Below are positions 6,759 through 14,900 of a DNA stretch of 24,000 bases, in pieces. Source of the stretch: Marinobacter sp. S0848L (GTDB taxonomy: Bacteria; Pseudomonadota; Gammaproteobacteria; Pseudomonadales; Oleiphilaceae); assembly GCF_023016065.1 (NCBI RefSeq), contig NZ_JALKAQ010000004.1, positions 16,462-40,461 of the forward strand, in the 5' to 3' direction. Position 1 is the stretch's first letter, and each line of letters begins with the position of its first letter. The position numbers were made by a program, and so were the translations under genes. A model generated the notes under the pieces. It was not told where the DNA came from. It did not search any database and saw nothing but the letters and a program-made list of their open reading frames with translations.

Positions 6759-8875
6759 GCAATGTCACCCTCACATGCACAGGCTTCCATGGCACAAGAA
6801 CCATCCGGTTGGCGGCCGCATTGCTTCACAAGAGCAACATCCTTTTTAGCTGCGGACTTCAACGCGGGCACCGAGGCTACAGAAGGGCCCGCTGTCGCTC
6901 TGGTGTCATTTTCCGCCACCTGCACCGGCTCATCGTTGGCCGTTAACTCGCTCAAACTCTCGGGCAACAACGGCCCCGTAACCCCAACCCCGCTACCACT
7001 CCCAGGCCCACCCCCTGAATTCATCCGCACCAAAGGCCCTGACACCGTCACCCCACTCGGGTCTACCTTCACAAAGCTGCCACCGGCCTTAAGCGTCACC
7101 TCAGCCCCGGCTTCGATCACGATTTTCATACCGGCCTTGTGGTGGATTTCGGTGCCGGCTTCCACCAGCTGGTTTTTGCCCTGCTTACTGTGGTGGCTGC
7201 CGTTTACGGTGAGACTGTAGTCGGCACCGATGCTCTCGCGATGTTCGCCATCTGTGGTGTGGTGGCTGTTGCCTTTGGTGTGGCTGAAGCGGTTGTTCAC
7301 CACCGTCAGGTGGCTGTCGTTCCTGATGACTTCGGTGCGGTTATTTTCCGTGAGCAGGTCCAAGTCTTTTTGGGCATGGACGTAGATTTGCTCCTGACCA
7401 GCTTCGTCTTCAAAGCGCAGTTCGTTGCTGCCCTCACCCTTATGGGTTTTGGTTTTTAATGTGGTGCGGGTTTTGTGTTCCGGCAGCGCGTACGGTGGTG
7501 TGTTGGTGGCGTGGTAGGTTCGGCCGGTGATGATGGGCTGGTCCGGGTCGCCATCGAGGAAGCTGACAATCACTTCGTTGCCAATTCTCGGTAGTGCCAT
7601 AAAGCCATACTGACCGCCAGCCCAGCCTTGGGAGACGCGCAGCCACGCGCTGCTGTGTTCATCGTTTTTGGAGTAGCGGTCCCAAGGGAACCGCACTTTT
7701 ACGCGGCCGTATTGGTCGCAGTGAATCTCTTCCCCTTCGGGGCCGGTCACGATGGCTATCTGGGGGCCGTCCATCACGGGTTTGTGCTCACAGAGGGCGC
7801 GCCAGGTTTTATCGGCGGGGATGGCGGTGAACTCGTTGGTGTAGCTGGTCGGTTCGCTACCGCCCTCTTCTTCCAGCGCTTGCGGTTGTTTACCGGTGTG
7901 GGTGATGGCGGTCAGCAGCCATTCCCGGTTCAGACTTTGGCTGTCGTGGTCTTGCAGTTCCACTTTGGCTCCGGCGGCAAAATCCGGGCGGTTGCTTTTA
8001 CCTTTGGCGACGGAGGCATCGTTTCTGAGTGCGTCTAATCGGGTTTGGGAAAACGGCTGGCCACTGGCGTCGGCTTTGTAGCGACCGGGGTATTCGTAGT
8101 GCTGGTAGTCTTCCCGGTGGTTTACACCGCCGGCACTCTGTTCGTGCATCAGAGCGTAGGCGGGGTTCTTGAAGGTGTAGTCTTTCATCGCCACCGATGA
8201 AGCGCGCACCCTTTCTTCGTAGGCGAAGCTGTAGATGCAGGCCTGCTGGGTGCTGCCGCCGGCTTTGGTGTTGCATTCTACCGGGTCTAATTTGGGCGCA
8301 TCACCGTGATGATCGGCAATGACTAAGGCCGGCTGCTCTTCACCGTCCACGCTGCCGTGTTGGTAGCGGTAGTGCCAGCCTTCTTCGGCAGCGAGTCGTT
8401 CCAAGAATTTCAGGTCGCTTTCGCGGTGCTGGACGCAGTATTCCCGCTCTTCGGGCGCGCGTTTCAGATCGAACACCGTATCCACAATGCCCCGCTCTTC
8501 CAACAGCGTGCGCACAATGGCATCGGTGGTCTGGGCCTGGAAAATACGACTGTTGTGCATTAAGCCCAAACGCCACACCGGAGGCTGAATCACCACTTCG
8601 TAATGGGTGCGGCGGTGGCCAGTGTTGCCTCGTACGAATTCGTTCACCACGCCGGTGAACCGACGCAGGGGCTGGCCGTCTTGCCACACCACCAGATCCA
8701 CCGGCTGTTCCAATACATCCGCGGCTTGCACGTCCGGATCGGTGCTGGCCAGTTTCAAACGGCCATGGGAGAGCGTGGACAAACCTTCGGTGAGCACAAA
8801 GCTGGCAACCACAAAGTGGTCTGAGGGGAATTCGCCAACACGGGCGGTGAACTGCAATCCGCTTGCCTGGGGCAT
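6755..8875 (-). CDS. vgrG: type VI secretion system tip protein VgrG (no enzymatic extension; short Cys-rich C-terminal tail)
   Basis: 706-aa ORF. The N-terminus MPQASGLQFTARVGEFP...FVV.SF...EGLS....G.L.LAS, the gp27-like region (RIFQ..T...IV..LL.E.GI...F.L), the gp5 OB-fold (GPQIAIVTGPEGEEIHCDQYGRVKVRFPWDR...SSAWLRVSQGWAG..YGFMALPRIGNEVIVSFLDGDPDQPIITGR.Y) and the beta-helix repeats are classic VgrG. Confidence 0.93.
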   Translation of the reverse strand: MPQASGLQFTARVGEFPSDHFVVASFVLTEGLSTLSHGRLKLASTDPDVQAADVLEQPVDLVVWQDGQPLRRFTGVVNEFVRGNTGHRRTHYEVVIQPPVWRLGLMHNSRIFQAQTTDAIVRTLLEERGIVDTVFDLKRAPEEREYCVQHRESDLKFLERLAAEEGWHYRYQHGSVDGEEQPALVIADHHGDAPKLDPVECNTKAGGSTQQACIYSFAYEERVRASSVAMKDYTFKNPAYALMHEQSAGGVNHREDYQHYEYPGRYKADASGQPFSQTRLDALRNDASVAKGKSNRPDFAAGAKVELQDHDSQSLNREWLLTAITHTGKQPQALEEEGGSEPTSYTNEFTAIPADKTWRALCEHKPVMDGPQIAIVTGPEGEEIHCDQYGRVKVRFPWDRYSKNDEHSSAWLRVSQGWAGGQYGFMALPRIGNEVIVSFLDGDPDQPIITGRTYHATNTPPYALPEHKTRTTLKTKTHKGEGSNELRFEDEAGQEQIYVHAQKDLDLLTENNRTEVIRNDSHLTVVNNRFSHTKGNSHHTTDGEHRESIGADYSLTVNGSHHSKQGKNQLVEAGTEIHHKAGMKIVIEAGAEVTLKAGGSFVKVDPSGVTVSGPLVRMNSGGGPGSGSGVGVTGPLLPESLSELTANDEPVQVAENDTRATAGPSVASVPALKSAAKKDVALVKQCGRQPDGSCAMEACACEGDIA

Positions 8876-8928
8876 AACTTCAGTCCCTGAAGTGTGTGAT
8901 TTAGATCCTGCTCGTCCTGAGCAATACG

Positions 8929-8957
8929 ATTATAACGAGAGCGCTCCATAAGACCAA
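8929..8957 (-). promoter_or_regulatory. putative sigma70-type promoter for the vgrG operon
   Basis: The minus strand reads TTGGTC (8957-8952), a 17-nt spacer, then TATAAT (8934-8929), about 55 nt upstream of the vgrG ATG. This is an eye-called motif match only. Confidence 0.35.
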
Positions 8958-9043
8958 CCTCCCACGCGGCCCACCCGGCATCTTTTGTTAAACACTGTGA
9001 ACCGTTACTCTTGAGCCAATACCAAAGAACAAGAGAAGCAAAA

Positions 9044-9472
9044 ATGGCTGTTTACAGAATCGAAATCGACGAAACGTTCAACGTGCCGCGCAAGAAGGTC
9101 TTTGCTCTGTTTGCTGATCACCACCGCTTTGGCAAAATGATTGGTGCGCCGGTCAAGCGCATCAAAGACAGCCATCAGGCTGACCCGAATGGCGCGGGGT
9201 CGGTTCGTAAAGTCGGCTTGGGGCCTTTGAGTATCGAAGAGACGGTACTTGAGTTCGAGCCCTACTCCTTGATCGAATACACTGTCACCAGCGCCGGCCC
9301 GATCAAAAATCACATGGGGCGCATTCATTTCAGCGACACCAGTGACTGCCAAACTCGCCTTCGGTACACCATCAGCTTTGAAGATGTCGTTCCCTTTACA
9401 GGCAAGCTGATTCGCTCCTCACTTGAGCTGGGCCTGCGCCGCGGAATCCGGCGAGTTCCCGAACTGGCGTAA
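9044..9472 (+). CDS. SRPBCC family protein (polyketide cyclase/dehydrase-like ligand-binding fold)
   Basis: 142 aa from ATG 9044 (MAVYRIEIDETFNVPRKKVFALFADHHRFGKM...). The purine-rich AGAGAAG upstream favours this ATG over the TTG at 9011 used in the ORF track. Size and the N-terminal pattern fit the SRPBCC family. Confidence 0.6.
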   Translation: MAVYRIEIDETFNVPRKKVFALFADHHRFGKMIGAPVKRIKDSHQADPNGAGSVRKVGLGPLSIEETVLEFEPYSLIEYTVTSAGPIKNHMGRIHFSDTSDCQTRLRYTISFEDVVPFTGKLIRSSLELGLRRGIRRVPELA

Positions 9473-9541
9473 CAAAGCTGTTGTATTGTCGTCAGGTTCA
9501 GTAAAATCACGCTCTTTATAGCAAGCAAGGGGCACAGAACT

Positions 9542-10267
9542 ATGGGCAGAGCCTATCAGAATCGCAAAGAGTCCATGGCCAAAACGGCTGCGGCAAAAAC
9601 CAAGGTTTATAGCAAATACGGTCGGGAAATTTACATGTCGGCCAAGTCTGGCGGCGTTGACCCTCAGGCCAACCTATCTCTGCGAGGGCTGATCGAGCGC
9701 GCGAAGAAAGATCAGGTTCCCACCCACGTTATTGAAAAAGCCATTGATAAAGCCAAAGGTGGCGCGGGCGAAGACTACTCCACCGCTCGCTACGAAGGGT
9801 ACGGCCCGGGCAATTGCATGGTCATTGTGGACTGCCTGACCGATAACCCAAACCGTACTTTCGGCGATGTTCGCCTGGCTTTCACCAAAACCAAATGTAA
9901 AATCGGCACCCCTGGCGCCGTCGCTCACATGTTCGACCACTGCGCCATTTTCGTATTTAAAGGCCAGGATGAAGAAGCCGTTCTTGAAGCTTTGATGGAA
10001 GCCGATGTGGATGTCACTGACATCGAGAACGAAAACGACACCATCACCGTTTTCACCCCGAACACTGAATACGCAAAAGCCAAACAAGCCTTGGAAGACG
10101 CTTTCGACGGCATCGAGTTTGAGGTAGACGAAATCCAGTTCTTGCCGAAAACCACCACCCCGGTAGAAGGCGACGACATTCCGATGTTCGAAAAATTTAT
10201 GGATATGCTGAACGATCTCGACGATGTTCAGAACGTTTTCCATAACGCAGAATTGCCGCAGGAATAA
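9542..10267 (+). CDS. YebC/PmpR family DNA-binding transcriptional regulator (YeeN-like subgroup)
   Basis: 241 aa. [74 protein letters not shown]....Y...[23 protein letters not shown] is the hallmark of the YebC family. Confidence 0.9.
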   Translation: MGRAYQNRKESMAKTAAAKTKVYSKYGREIYMSAKSGGVDPQANLSLRGLIERAKKDQVPTHVIEKAIDKAKGGAGEDYSTARYEGYGPGNCMVIVDCLTDNPNRTFGDVRLAFTKTKCKIGTPGAVAHMFDHCAIFVFKGQDEEAVLEALMEADVDVTDIENENDTITVFTPNTEYAKAKQALEDAFDGIEFEVDEIQFLPKTTTPVEGDDIPMFEKFMDMLNDLDDVQNVFHNAELPQE

Positions 10268-10302
10268 TCTGCGCAACGCTTTAGCATCAGATGAGGTGCA
10301 GT

Positions 10303-11049
10303 ATGGCTGGTACAAATGAGGGCATGAAACCTCGTGTCGTGATCCTGAAAACGGGCACAACCTACCCTCAAATCAAAGATCAGTTCGGAGATTTTGAAGA
10401 CTGGTTTGTCGCTAGACTGTCCAGCCAGCTGGACCTTACCACCGCTGACGTGACGCAGACACTCCCACCCGGCCGCCCTCAGGATTGGCATGGCGTTGTC
10501 ATCACTGGTTCCCCCGCCATGGTGAGCGACCGTGAGCCTTGGAGTGAGCACGCGGCCGAATGGTTAAAAGAGGCCGTACAGGCAAACGTGCCCACGTTCG
10601 GGGTCTGCTACGGCCACCAATTACTCGCCCACGCCTTAGGGGGCAAAGTCGGTTATCACCCGCAAGGGCGAGAGACTGGCACACAGAGCGTCCGCCTGTT
10701 CGACAGCGCGCAATCTGATCCACTGTTTCACCACCTTCCCCAGCAATTTCTGGCGCAATTGACCCACAAGCAATCCGTTCTGGAGCTACCTCCCGGCGCC
10801 GTGCTGCTTGGCGCATCGGATTTCGAACCACATCAGGCTTTCCGTGTTGGCACCAACGCCTGGGGCGTTCAGTTCCACCCCGAGTTCTCTGATGACGTAA
10901 TGAGAAGCTACCTTCGAGTTCAACAGCCCGAGCTTGAAAAAGAAGGCCTTAACTCCGAATCACTCCTGAACAACGTATCGCCGGCCCCTCACGCTACCCG
11001 GCTTCTTGAGCTTTTCTCCGAGTGGGTTATCAATAAACAACGTGAGTAA
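10303..11049 (+). CDS. class I glutamine amidotransferase-like protein (GATase1, GuaA-N-like)
   Basis: It has a catalytic-Cys motif PTFGVCYGHQLLAHALGG and a His/Glu motif WGVQFHPEF. I prefer the ATG at 10303, which has a GAGGTG SD 4-5 nt upstream. The in-frame ATGs at 10291 and 10324 are alternatives. Confidence 0.8.
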   Translation: MAGTNEGMKPRVVILKTGTTYPQIKDQFGDFEDWFVARLSSQLDLTTADVTQTLPPGRPQDWHGVVITGSPAMVSDREPWSEHAAEWLKEAVQANVPTFGVCYGHQLLAHALGGKVGYHPQGRETGTQSVRLFDSAQSDPLFHHLPQQFLAQLTHKQSVLELPPGAVLLGASDFEPHQAFRVGTNAWGVQFHPEFSDDVMRSYLRVQQPELEKEGLNSESLLNNVSPAPHATRLLELFSEWVINKQRE

Positions 11050-11088
11050 ACGGCGCAACTCGGGCCTGTTCGACGGATCGAAGCGACT

Positions 11089-12534
11089 ATGACGATGAAG
11101 TTAGTAGCCTGTATCTTATTGCTGGTTCTGATCGCTCTGGGGGCATGGCATGCCTACAAACCTCTCCCGGAGGGCATTCGATATACAGGAAACGCAGCCC
11201 CTGTGCTGTCCCCTCGCCTGTTAACCGATATCACGCGGCACCTTCCAAACGGCGAAACACAGCTGGACCACGAAATCTTCGATGAAGCTTTAAGGCTGAT
11301 CGCTCAAGCTGAGCAGTTCATCTTAATCGACATGTTTCTTTACAACAGCACTGGCGCAGAAAGCGTAGAACTTCGCCCGTTGGCCCACCAATTGACGACA
11401 GCATTGGTCAAAAAGAAACAGGCCATTCCAGACATCGATATAGTGGTGATTTCAGACCCACTGAACACTTTCTACGGCGGCACCCGCTCACCCGAGTTTG
11501 AAGCGTTGAAAAATGCCGGCATCGAACTGATCGTCACCAACCTCAAACCTTTGCGCGACAGCAACCCCGCCTGGTCTGCCGTGTGGCGCCTTTGCTGCCA
11601 ATGGTTTGGTAACAATCCCGACGGCGGTTGGCTACCAAACGCCTTGGGCACCGAACAAACGACACTGCGCAGCTATCTGGCCCTGCCCAACTTTAAAGCC
11701 AATCATCGTAAAGTTTTGGTCGCCGACTCGGGTGACCAGTTCCGCGCGCTCATTACCTCAGCCAATCCCCACGACGGCAGCAGCCGGCACAGCAACATCG
11801 GACTCATGTTCAGCGGGCCTGCCATAAAGGATGTTATTCAGAGCGAGCGCGCCGTCGCCCATATGTCCGGCGCCAGCACACAAACGTTTGACCACTGGCT
11901 TAACGAGATTGCCACCGCCAAAAGCCCTGAACCCGCCTCGTCAGAAACGATCAAGCTTCTCACCGAATCTGCCATTCGCGATCAAGCTCTGGATATGATC
12001 GCACGTAGCCAATCTGGCGAAGCGCTGGATATCGCCATGTTCTATTTCTCTCACCGACCGATCATCGAAGCATTAAAAGCCGCACAGCGCCGTGGTGTTG
12101 CCATCCGTCTGTTGCTGGACGCAAACAAAGATGCTTTCGGCCATGAGAAAAACGGAATTCCCAATCGCCCCGTTGGCCGGGAACTCCATCAAGCAGGCGT
12201 TGCCGTGCGCTGGTGCAATACCCAAGGGGAACAGTGCCATAGCAAGCTACTCACCTACACGCGCAACGATGGTCAGCTAGAACTGCTGCTTGGCTCTGCC
12301 AACTTTACGCGAAGAAATCTGGACGACCTGAATCTTGAATCCAATGTCTGGCTGCGCGTGCCGAACGGCCATCCGGTCGCCCGTAAAGCCTCGGAGTATT
12401 TCGATCAGCACTGGGCTAACGAACAAGCAAACAGCGCACCTCTAAGCTTGCCCTATTCCGACTGGGCTGATAACTCCCGTCTGAAATACTGGCAATACCG
12501 CGTTATGGAAGCTACCGGCCTATCAACCTTTTAA
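11089..12534 (+). CDS. phospholipase D family protein with N-terminal membrane anchor (two HKD-type motifs)
   Basis: 481 aa. The N-terminal TM is LVACILLLVLIALGAW. The first motif is HRKVLVAD...ITSANPHDGS (HxKxxxxD). The second motif is HSKLLTYT...LLLGSANFTRRN and carries T in place of the canonical D. Confidence 0.8.
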   Translation: MTMKLVACILLLVLIALGAWHAYKPLPEGIRYTGNAAPVLSPRLLTDITRHLPNGETQLDHEIFDEALRLIAQAEQFILIDMFLYNSTGAESVELRPLAHQLTTALVKKKQAIPDIDIVVISDPLNTFYGGTRSPEFEALKNAGIELIVTNLKPLRDSNPAWSAVWRLCCQWFGNNPDGGWLPNALGTEQTTLRSYLALPNFKANHRKVLVADSGDQFRALITSANPHDGSSRHSNIGLMFSGPAIKDVIQSERAVAHMSGASTQTFDHWLNEIATAKSPEPASSETIKLLTESAIRDQALDMIARSQSGEALDIAMFYFSHRPIIEALKAAQRRGVAIRLLLDANKDAFGHEKNGIPNRPVGRELHQAGVAVRWCNTQGEQCHSKLLTYTRNDGQLELLLGSANFTRRNLDDLNLESNVWLRVPNGHPVARKASEYFDQHWANEQANSAPLSLPYSDWADNSRLKYWQYRVMEATGLSTF

Positions 12535-12631
12535 CCGAAACCCTTCTTATCTATGAACGTTTTGTATGTTGAATGATAAGCCGGAGCGCTCTAGGGTTAA
12601 GGAAACCAAACAAACAAGAAAGGGGTCTGCA

Positions 12632-13033
12632 ATGAACGGCATTCGACGCTATGCCAAGCAGTTTTCGCTTGTGATGGCCATTCTGATGGCTTTTGCCACC
12701 ACCTTTTCAGTCTCTGCCCATGCTGGCATGGTCGGGACCGGTGAGTTGATCCAGCAACAACAGGTCAACCTCGACCGCCAGCAGTTGCTGAACATGCTGG
12801 AACAGCAGGACGTTAAAGAAAAACTCGCCGAACTCGGTGTCAGTGAAGACCAGGTGGCGGAGCGAATTCAGAACCTTACGCCCACCGAACTGGCCGATTT
12901 TGAGCAACAGCTGGCCGAAGCCCCCACCGGTGAAGGGGTGGTCGGGATCATTGTTTTATTCCTGTTGGTGTTCATCATCACCGACATGCTGTGTGCCACT
13001 AACCTATTCTCTTTCATCAATTGCATTCGCTAA
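12632..13033 (+). CDS. PA2779-family-like small exported protein (signal peptide, Gln/Glu-rich helical middle, hydrophobic C-terminal tail)
   Basis: 133 aa from ATG 12632, with a GAAAGGGG SD about 6 nt upstream. The signal peptide is SLVMAILMAFATTFSVSAHA|G. The middle reads LGVSEDQVAERIQNLTPTELADFEQQL. The C-terminal TM-like segment is VVGIIVLFLLVFIITDML. It is paired with a PA2778-like peptidase. Confidence 0.6.
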   Translation: MNGIRRYAKQFSLVMAILMAFATTFSVSAHAGMVGTGELIQQQQVNLDRQQLLNMLEQQDVKEKLAELGVSEDQVAERIQNLTPTELADFEQQLAEAPTGEGVVGIIVLFLLVFIITDMLCATNLFSFINCIR

Positions 13034-14040
13034 TTCAACCTCTTTTCAAGACCGCACTCTTTCGATGCAGCAGACTGGCAGCCCTTCTCGGGCTGCTTCT
13101 GCTGGTCGGCTGCGCAAGCACACCGCCCTGGCCCACCCCGCCCGATGCCAATCAGATGGTGGCGTCAGGTCAGCAGTTACTACAGGACGTACCCTTCTAT
13201 CCGCAGGAAAAATACCAATGTGGTCCGGCCTCTTTGGCCACTATGCTCAATAGCCAAGGCCTGAGCACCGACCCGGAAATCCTGAAAGAACTGGTTTATT
13301 TGCCGGGCCGGGAAGGCTCGCTGCAAGTCGAAATGGTCGCCGGTGCGCGGTCACACAACATGGTCGTTTACCCGTTACAACCAAACATCGAAACACTGCT
13401 GGCAGAAGTCTCCGTCGGCAACCCGGTGCTGGTAATGCAGAACCTGGGGTTCGATTGGTGGCAACAGTGGCATTTTGCCGTGGTTGTCGGTTACGACCAT
13501 CAGGAGGAAACCCTGATACTCAATACCGACACACGCAAACATCACCGCCAACCCTATAAGGTATTTGATGCCACCTGGAGCCGTGCCGAACGTTGGGCAG
13601 CAGTGATCCTGCCGCCTGATCAGTTGCCTGCAACGGCAGAGCTTTTGCCCTGGTTACGGGCCGCCCACGATCTGGAAAGTACCGGGCATACACTTGCTGC
13701 GGAAACGGCCTACCAAACAGCCAAACAAAACTGGACGGACGAGCCTTCGCCGCTTCTGGCTCTGGGGAATCTGGCCTACGGCCAGAACCGCTTTAACGAT
13801 GCCGCCAACTACCTGCGCATTGCCACCGAACGGTTTCCGGAGTTTGCCGAAGGCTGGAATAATCTGGCTTACGCCTTGTCCGCATCGGGCTGCGCCAAAC
13901 AGGCTGATCAGGCAATGTCCTGCGCTGCCAAGTTAGCCGGTGACCGCTTCCCGGTCGAGAACTTCCACCCGGATGCGCGCTCATCCGACACCAAGCCCTC
14001 ATGCAAAAAATTACCGCTTTGCCCGATTGAAACCGAGTAA
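13021..14040 (+). CDS. PA2778-family-like cysteine peptidase (C39-like papain fold) with C-terminal TPR repeats; lipoprotein
   Basis: 339 aa with a TTG start at 13021, overlapping the upstream stop by 13 nt. The lipobox is LLLLVG|CAS. The candidate Cys nucleophile lies in QEKYQCGPASLATML and the candidate His in WHFAVVVGYD. TPR-like helices follow (AETAYQTAKQ....LLALGNLAYGQNRFNDAANYLRIATERFPEFAEGWNNLAYAL). Confidence 0.65.
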   Translation: MHSLIQPLFKTALFRCSRLAALLGLLLLVGCASTPPWPTPPDANQMVASGQQLLQDVPFYPQEKYQCGPASLATMLNSQGLSTDPEILKELVYLPGREGSLQVEMVAGARSHNMVVYPLQPNIETLLAEVSVGNPVLVMQNLGFDWWQQWHFAVVVGYDHQEETLILNTDTRKHHRQPYKVFDATWSRAERWAAVILPPDQLPATAELLPWLRAAHDLESTGHTLAAETAYQTAKQNWTDEPSPLLALGNLAYGQNRFNDAANYLRIATERFPEFAEGWNNLAYALSASGCAKQADQAMSCAAKLAGDRFPVENFHPDARSSDTKPSCKKLPLCPIETE

Positions 14041-14050
14041 ACCCAGCGGA

Positions 14051-14728
14051 TTAATACGGCTTCCGAAGCAACACAACGTCTTTCGCCGGAACTTCAAGCT
14101 GCCAACCATAGCGGTCGGCTAGCCACTCAAAGGTGGCTTCCCGGTAGAAAACCACATGCGTAGGGTCGCGACGGTAGTGCCAGTTATCAAAGCGATCATC
14201 GTCCGTCTGAAAACAGGTCATCACGCCTAAAAGGCCACCGGGCTTCAGCAGTCGATCGAATTGCGCAAACACCTTAGCCGGTTCGAACAAGTGCTCTACC
14301 ACTTCCGTACAGGTAATAAAATCGTAGCGCTGCTCCAACACAGACGATTCGGGATAGAAATACAGGTCGTAGAGAGCGACCGAAAACCCGGCCTCTTCGA
14401 AGATCCTGGCCAACGCCGGGCCCGGACCGCATCCGAAATCCAGCCCCGCTGCACCTTCCGGCAGCCTTGCTATCATCGGAGCCGCCAGCTTCGACAAAAA
14501 CCGCCGGTAGCCAGCGTCATCAGGATCGTTGTTGTGCAGCTGATACACCGCGCGCTCTTCATCAGCTGTTAACCGGGTTTCGGGCGCCATAATCGTGGCG
14601 TGGCAGTTGCCACACCTTAGGTAACGCTTTTGCTCCACCTCCCGAAACGGCTCCAAAACAGATTGCTCGCACACGGGGCATATCCCGGAGATGTTATTCA
14701 CCAACAGATCCTCAGAGCCTGAATACAT
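14051..14728 (-). CDS. class I SAM-dependent methyltransferase with N-terminal zinc-ribbon
   Basis: 225 aa. It has CPVCEQ...CGNCHA (a four-Cys ribbon), SAM-binding motif I GLDFGCGPG, and later motifs YDFITCTEVVEHL and LLKPGGLLGV. Confidence 0.8.
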   Translation of the reverse strand: MYSGSEDLLVNNISGICPVCEQSVLEPFREVEQKRYLRCGNCHATIMAPETRLTADEERAVYQLHNNDPDDAGYRRFLSKLAAPMIARLPEGAAGLDFGCGPGPALARIFEEAGFSVALYDLYFYPESSVLEQRYDFITCTEVVEHLFEPAKVFAQFDRLLKPGGLLGVMTCFQTDDDRFDNWHYRRDPTHVVFYREATFEWLADRYGWQLEVPAKDVVLLRKPY

Positions 14729-14900
14729 TTAACCCTTCCACGTTTTGGGCTTTTCCATTTGTCATATCCGGCCATGCCGCCAAATTGTGACTTATCACTA
14801 CAAAGCTCTCCGAAGCAGCTGCCTATACTTGCGCAAAAAATAGCCTTACACGGCTGAATAATAAGCGCTGTTTAATGACGAACGCCCTAAGAGAACTCAT

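Noticed and set aside
6762-8951. Multiple plus- and minus-strand ORFs of 60-152 aa inside vgrG (for example 6762..7220, 7139..7459, 7628..8038, 8340..8687, 8607..8951)
   Set aside because: These are shadow ORFs antisense to, or out of frame with, an unambiguous VgrG coding sequence. Their products are low-complexity and Arg/Pro/Gly/Ala-rich, as expected for GC-rich DNA.
9674-10551. 228-aa and 107-aa minus-strand ORFs opposite the YebC-family and amidotransferase genes
   Set aside because: They are antisense to genes with unmistakable family signatures and have no recognisable motifs of their own.
11089-12534. The PLD-family protein as a Tle5/PldA-type T6SS phospholipase effector, given its proximity (~2 kb) to the vgrG island and the TPR protein downstream
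   Set aside because: It is on the opposite strand and separated from vgrG by three unrelated genes. It has an N-terminal membrane anchor, unlike secreted Tle5 effectors. The downstream TPR protein is a C39-like peptidase lipoprotein paired with its own small partner, not a Sel1-repeat Tli5-type immunity protein. The link cannot be fully excluded without phylogeny.
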